Positions 59,386-64,000 of a stretch of 64,000 nt of DNA are shown here, piece by piece. The stretch is from an uncultured Candidatus Binatia bacterium. GTDB taxonomy: Bacteria > Desulfobacterota > Binatia > Bin18. Each line of letters opens with the position of its first letter. Position 1 is the first letter of the stretch. The stretch spans positions 1,787,185 to 1,851,184 of the forward strand of contig OZ220487.1 in NCBI GenBank assembly GCA_965116085.1, given 5' to 3'. The notes beneath the pieces are model-generated. The model saw only the letters and a list, made by a program, of their open reading frames with translations. It searched no databases and was not told where the DNA came from. The position numbers were made by a program, and so were the translations under genes.

Positions 59386-60394
59386 GCAAGACCATTCGCC
59401 GCAAGACACGTCGTCTGCATTCACCCGAAGAAAAGACGGGATCGTTTTGGCAGGCCTGCGCGGTGAGGAGAGTATTGCCGCGCTATGCAGACGTGAGGGG
59501 ATCAGCGAGAGTCTGTATTCTTTCTGGTCGAAGGAATTCCTCAAGGCTGGCAAGCAGCGCCTTGCTGGAGACACGGCTCGGCAGGCGACCAGCCCCGAGG
59601 TCAAAGATATGCGATCAGAGTCTGCGGCCTTGAAGGAAATGGTGGCCGATCTGACCCTGGAGAACCGCCTGCTCAAAGCGGTGAAGTACACCGATGAGAA
59701 GCAGTATTTTATCTCGCAGTCATCGGCTTGCCGCATCCTGAAGGCGGAAGACCTGATCATGGCCCCCGGGCACATCGTGATCAAGGCGGCCGATGAGTTC
59801 AAGGATAACGCCACGAGGCCAAACGAGCTCTGGCAGACGGACTTCACCCATCTCAAGGTCATCGGCCGGGGCTAGTTCTACCTGTCCACGATCCTGGACG
59901 ACCACAGCAGGCACATCATTGCCTGGAAGCTTTGCACGACGCTGAAAGCCCAGGATGTGACCGATACCCTCGATCCGGCGTTGGAAGCTTCTGGCTGCAA
60001 CAGCACGACCGTCGCCGCCAAACCAGGGTTGCTGAGTGACAATGGCTCCTCCCATGTCACAGGTGATCTGGCAAAATACCTGGATGGGAAGGACATGGGT
60101 CACGTCCGTGGCGCGCCTCATCACCCTCAGACCCAGGGCAAGATCGAACGTTGGCGCCAGACGATGAAGAACCGCGTCCTGCTTGAGTATTACTTCTTGC
60201 CTGGCGACCTCGAAGCGCAGACCGGTGACTTCGTCGAATACTGCAACAATCGCCGATACCACGAGAGCCCGGGCAATTTAACGCCCGCCGATGTTTACTT
60301 CGGGCGCGCCGAACAGATCCTGAAACAGCGAGAGGAGATCAAACGAAAAACCATGCTCAAATGGCGCTTGCGCCACCAAAAGAAAAACGCATGA
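59386..60394 (+). pseudogene. IS3-family transposase (orfAB) with internal deletion and in-frame TAG
   Basis: Carries RRKTRRLHSPEEK, GEESIAALCRREGISESLY, WQTDFTHLKVIGRG*FYLSTILDDHSR (TAG 59873) and HPQTQGKIERW...RYHESPGNLTPADVYFGR. Confidence 0.8.
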
Positions 60395-60396
60395 AC

Positions 60397-61059
60397 TCAA
60401 TTAAGGATGAGCCAGAGCCTCCAAACAAAAACGTGCTCTGCTGTCCCAAAATATCTGACGACGGACAGCATCGGGTCATCAACGGTGTCGGGATACCAAA
60501 ACCCGTCCATCAGGGCGCCGGCGCTGTTCCAGGTCGAACCACCATGGACGAGTTGGTTGCGCAGCACATAAAGCCGGTCGAAGACGAAGCTGAGCATCCG
60601 TTTTGTGTCGCCGCTCTGGACCGCCCGTGCGAACGCGCGCGAGGACGTTTTGAATCGCTCCTCCCAGTCCTCGAACCCGGTTATCTCGTTATGGTGCTGC
60701 CAAAAGGGGTTGAACACGTGGCGATTGTCCATCAGCAACTGTACCGGCCCGGAGAAGCGCTGCCAGATCGCTCCGTAGATTCGACGTTTTTGGTCCAGGG
60801 CGACAGGCGCCCAAAGAAATCGACGAAGGCGGTGCGTTCGCCCGGCTGGATCGCCTGGAACTCCCCCCTCGTCGGCATAGGCGGCGTTGAACGCGATCCA
60901 CAGGAAGATAAATCGTGCATCGTCGTCGTCACCGTACGCCTCGGCACGGCCGATCCAGCTGATGGAGCGATGAATGCGAAGACCCATAGTTTCAGGAAAC
61001 CCGTCGCGGATCGTTCGTTGTTTGGTTTTCAACTCTGCGTGCGTGAGGTCAGTTTTCAT
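60397..61059 (-). CDS. HEPN-domain protein (RNQLVH motif); 3' end abuts or overlaps the IS3 remnant
   Basis: Carries RIHRSISWIGRAE and YVLRNQLVHGGSTW (Rx4H). The start was taken at MKTDLTH. The last roughly 40 codons look atypical, so the gene may be truncated. Confidence 0.55.
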   Translation of the reverse strand: MKTDLTHAELKTKQRTIRDGFPETMGLRIHRSISWIGRAEAYGDDDDARFIFLWIAFNAAYADEGGVPGDPAGRTHRLRRFLWAPVALDQKRRIYGAIWQRFSGPVQLLMDNRHVFNPFWQHHNEITGFEDWEERFKTSSRAFARAVQSGDTKRMLSFVFDRLYVLRNQLVHGGSTWNSAGALMDGFWYPDTVDDPMLSVVRYFGTAEHVFVWRLWLILN

Positions 61060-61084
61060 CTTCAACCCTGTTTGGTCCTTTGCC

Positions 61085-62054
61085 TTATGGGAGCGCGTTG
61101 AAATCGCTCCTGCGGTGGTGTTCAACCATGATGCGTAGCCCCTCTGGAGCGATCACCTCGACATTGTCGCCCCATTGGTGGAGATGCCACGCCATCTCGA
61201 GCCACCCCGATGCGTGAAATCGCACGATGAGACTGCCATCCTCCTCATGGTCGACGATCTGCTTTGGATGGAAGCAGAATTCGGCGGCGCGGGCAGCAGC
61301 TTCAGGGGTGAAGCGCCAGACTACCTCTCCATATTGCGCCGGATCCTGGTAGACGCCGAAGGACTGAGCCGAATAGGCGTCCAGCGAGAAGCTAAAACTT
61401 TCATCCAATGCTTGGACGCTGTGGATCCGGTCCAGCCGGAAGTTCAGCATGTCATCGCCCCGAGCTGGCTGGCGCGCGACGAGATAGCTGCGATGCCCCA
61501 ACAAGAGACCGTGCGGCTCGATGATCCGTTCGGGGGCACCTTCAGCCCCGTATCGCAGCCGCAGACGAAAAGGGCCACGTAGTCCCTCAATCACTGCATC
61601 AAGTACTGCCGGCGACAGATTTACCCGGGGCCAGGCCGGGTGACTGATCCCATCGTCATCAGCACCGCTTCGACATCGGCCTCGGTCCGAAGCGCGTCTT
61701 TCGGTGTCAGGCGCGCGAGCAGCCCGTCGCGCAAACCTCGAGAGCCGCCGCGTGACGCAGCCGTCCATCGCCTCGGACTGTCCTGCTAGCCATTTGCAGC
61801 GCCTCGACCGCCGTTTCCTGGCGCGGTCGGAGCCGGTCGAGTATCGGGTCAGCGATGCGCCACCGGCGTCGTCGATCTGGACCATCCACGGCTTCGACAT
61901 TGGCGAATACGGTCTCTAGCGCGTCGGTCATTCTCTGCGCGGTGCGATGAGACACCGCGAACTCCTCGCATATCTCATCGAGCCCGATTCCAGCCCGTCT
62001 GATGGCAGCCCGTCGTGCAAGCCTGATCAGATCCTGAGCCTTGGCGAACGACAT
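61085..62054 (-). pseudogene. HTH-WYL-WCX transcriptional regulator (CapW/BrxR-like), two frameshifts
   Basis: N-terminal HTH (GLDEICEEFAVSHRTAQRMTDAL). WYL core (RIIEPHGLLLGHRSYLVARQP...LNFRLDRIHSV). The frames change near 61733-61740 and at CCCGGGG 61624-61630. Confidence 0.7.
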
Positions 62055-62114
62055 ACTATATTCCTGGCCCCAATCCGTGACAGATATTGACACCCACGCA
62101 CGCTATTGCTGGAG

Positions 62115-62135
62115 TTGCATATTGTCGAGATGCAA
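62115..62135. promoter_or_regulatory. Inverted repeat TTGCAT-N9-ATGCAA in the WYL / E1 divergent intergenic region
   Basis: Read directly. It sits between the starts at 62054 (minus strand) and 62177 (plus strand). Confidence 0.35.
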
Positions 62136-62176
62136 ATCTTTGCCTTTGCCGGTTTGCACTCGGATAGAGGGCGGCA

Positions 62177-63184
62177 ATGCGTGATGTTGATGGTCGAATC
62201 AACGGTGCTGCGATCATTATGCCTGACGGCTCCATAGTGGCTCGGGCGGTGTCCGAAAACGGTCAATTTCATGCGTTCAGATCCGTCAATGTCGTCGGAG
62301 ATAGCATTCGCTTTTGGACGGAGGGAGCGTGCGCTGTTACGACGGCGTATGGGGGAAAACTGTCCCAGACTTTGGGACGAGGAACATTGGATCGATTGCG
62401 GGCGATGAAAGCTGGGGTGGTTGGTTGCTCTGGAACCGGTAGCATATTGATCGAACTCCTCGTACGGAATTGCGTGGGAGAGCTGGTGATTGTCGATAAT
62501 GATGTATTGGAGGAGAAGAACCTTAATCGAATTGTGAATGGCACAATGGCTGATGTCAGAAGTAGACGATCGAAAGTACAGGCGATTCGGATGTCGATAA
62601 AGCGAAGTGGTCTTGAGACCAAGGTCGACGCATATGATGCCTTGACGGATTCTCCTGAGGTCGTGTCTGCGCTTGTTGATTGCGACATGCTCTTTGGTTG
62701 TGTGGACTCGGCGTTCGGGCGTTACCATTTGGAGTGCATATCTAGTGCCTATCTGATTCCCTACTTCGATATTGGGGTGCATATAGACGCAGACGGTACA
62801 GGGGATATCAGTGCAGCTGACGCGGTTGCCCACTACGTCCACCCGGACGGACGCGATTTGTTGTCTCGCGGCGCATATCACCTGGACCAGGCAACCGCCG
62901 AGAACTGGAGAAGAACGGATCCGGCCTATTACGCCCGGCAACGCGTTGCCGGATATCTGGCAGCGGTTGGAGAGGAACAGCCCGCCGTTATGTCGGTGAA
63001 CATGCAGGCAGCTTGTATGGCCTTCAACGACTTCGTGGCAAGGTTGCATTCATTTTGGATGGACAAGGACCACGAGTTCGCTACCCAGAGATTTCGACCG
63101 GTCCACGGGAGTTACGAATGCGAAGCGGATAAAGGGAGGCCACATCGCTTGTTTGAACGGTACCGGGGCGCTGGGCGACAATAG
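62177..63184 (+). CDS. ThiF/E1-like adenylyltransferase
   Basis: Carries AGVVGCSGTGSILIELL...LVIVDNDVLEEKNLNR (Rossmann GxGxxG plus the DxD..E..NLNR adenylation signature). A roughly 60-aa N-terminal extension ends in YGG. Confidence 0.8.
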   Translation: MRDVDGRINGAAIIMPDGSIVARAVSENGQFHAFRSVNVVGDSIRFWTEGACAVTTAYGGKLSQTLGRGTLDRLRAMKAGVVGCSGTGSILIELLVRNCVGELVIVDNDVLEEKNLNRIVNGTMADVRSRRSKVQAIRMSIKRSGLETKVDAYDALTDSPEVVSALVDCDMLFGCVDSAFGRYHLECISSAYLIPYFDIGVHIDADGTGDISAADAVAHYVHPDGRDLLSRGAYHLDQATAENWRRTDPAYYARQRVAGYLAAVGEEQPAVMSVNMQAACMAFNDFVARLHSFWMDKDHEFATQRFRPVHGSYECEADKGRPHRLFERYRGAGRQ

Positions 63185-63189
63185 CCTGC

Positions 63190-63576
63190 TTGTGCAGAAC
63201 AATACGCGCCGTGATTAGATGGTTCTTCAATCAGTTGGCCAAATTGTATCCGTACCGTACGGAATGGGTGGAGGACCTGCCGGAACGTCCGTCCCGGGAC
63301 ACCGTCTACATCATTGGGGGGAGAAGGTATCCATTTCAGGCTGCGGTGGTGTGCCCAAGACGCAGGTGCAAGCAGGTGATCCATTTTGGATATATCACCT
63401 AAAGTCCAAAGGCGGTGGGCGGTTACAGAGCACCCGGCGGGGAATTGTCACTGGCTCCGTCCATACACGTTACAGGCCTAAGGTGCAAATGCCATTACTG
63501 GCTTGAGTGTGGAAAAATCCGCTGGAGCGAAACGCCGAGCATTTTTGTACCGAGGGAGAACAGGAATGATCCGTAG
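63190..63576 (+). pseudogene. DUF6527-like small Cys-rich protein, two homopolymer frameshifts
   Basis: Carries VEDLPERPSRDTVYIIGG...AAVVCPRRRCKQVIH, then LDISPKVQRRWAVTEHP, then GGELSLAPSIHVTGLRCKCHYWLECGKIRW, in three frames. Confidence 0.55.
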
Positions 63577-64000
63577 GGTCGTCGTAAGGTGCTTCAAGAA
63601 GTTCAGCCGTCTGGAGTTTGAAATGCAGGATCGGGCGCTCATTGCCGGTCCGAATAACTCGGGTAAGACGACGCTTTTGCAAGCATTAGCGACTTGGGCG
63701 GAGTTAGGCGAAATATGGCTCGGCAGTAATGCGGATCTAGCCCGCCAAGCCGATGGGAGCTTTCATCGAGTGGAACTCGACATAGCTGGCTTCAGGACGC
63801 TGGCACTCTCCAGTTTTGATGAGTTGTGGCGTAATCGGGAGACACGGGAGCCAATCTCTATCAGAATAGCTACGGACGGCTGGGATGTGGGTTTTGACTT
63901 GCACTACCAGAACCCTACGACCGCTACGGTTGGGCCTTTGACGGAAATATCAGAGAATCATCTGGAGAGCTACGCAGAGAACCCACTGAAGGCGCTATAT
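63566..64000 (+). CDS. AAA/ABC-type ATPase (OLD/AAA_15-21-like), N-terminal part; continues beyond the window
   Basis: Own translation gives MIRRVVVRCFKKFSRLEFEMQDRALIAGPNNSGKTTLLQALATW... The frame is open to the window end. The start overlaps the DUF6527-like reading frame by 11 nt. Confidence 0.8.
   Translation, partial: MIRRVVVRCFKKFSRLEFEMQDRALIAGPNNSGKTTLLQALATWAELGEIWLGSNADLARQADGSFHRVELDIAGFRTLALSSFDELWRNRETREPISIRIATDGWDVGFDLHYQNPTTATVGPLTEISENHLESYAENPLKALY

Overview
High-G+C, IS-riddled accessory DNA. The IS families and the DUF736, Toprim and SSB genes suggest an alphaproteobacterial island or plasmid, but that is inference only. The window is a mosaic of four kinds of content. 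(1) At least 12 IS elements or fragments from the IS21, IS5, IS66, IS4, IS630, IS1595, IS256, IS1634 and IS3 families. Two have target-site duplications I could read directly. (2) An ICE-type module at 16.8-22.3 kb: HU, PAPS-reductase-like, SLOG/DprA-like, SSB, Toprim, DUF4326. (3) Several visibly more AT-rich, apparently intact defence operons. These are a Hachiman-like nuclease+helicase with a small membrane protein (6.8-11.3 kb); a SIR2-HerA core inside a four-gene operon with a Cas4/RecB-DEDD nuclease and a KTSC protein (11.6-16.4 kb); a ParB-like + nuclease-like + SPPY methyltransferase operon (35.3-38.6 kb); a Fic-like gene overlapping a SIR2-APAZ/short-pAgo pair (54.0-58.6 kb); and an E1-like + DUF6527 + AAA ATPase locus with a divergent WYL regulator (61.1-64.0 kb). 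hipBA and two HEPN genes are also present. (4) Many decayed restriction-modification and toxin-antitoxin remnants: a type ISP C-terminus, a methylase/endonuclease pair, hsdM, a dcm-vsr-endonuclease cassette, abiEi, DUF736 and Rpn. Many frameshifts sit in homopolymer runs, so some of the pseudogene calls may be assembly indels. The best candidates for undescribed systems are the ParB-like/nuclease-like/methylase operon, the four-gene SIR2-HerA variant and the Fic-SIR2-APAZ-pAgo operon. All family assignments come from motif recognition by eye; no searches were run.
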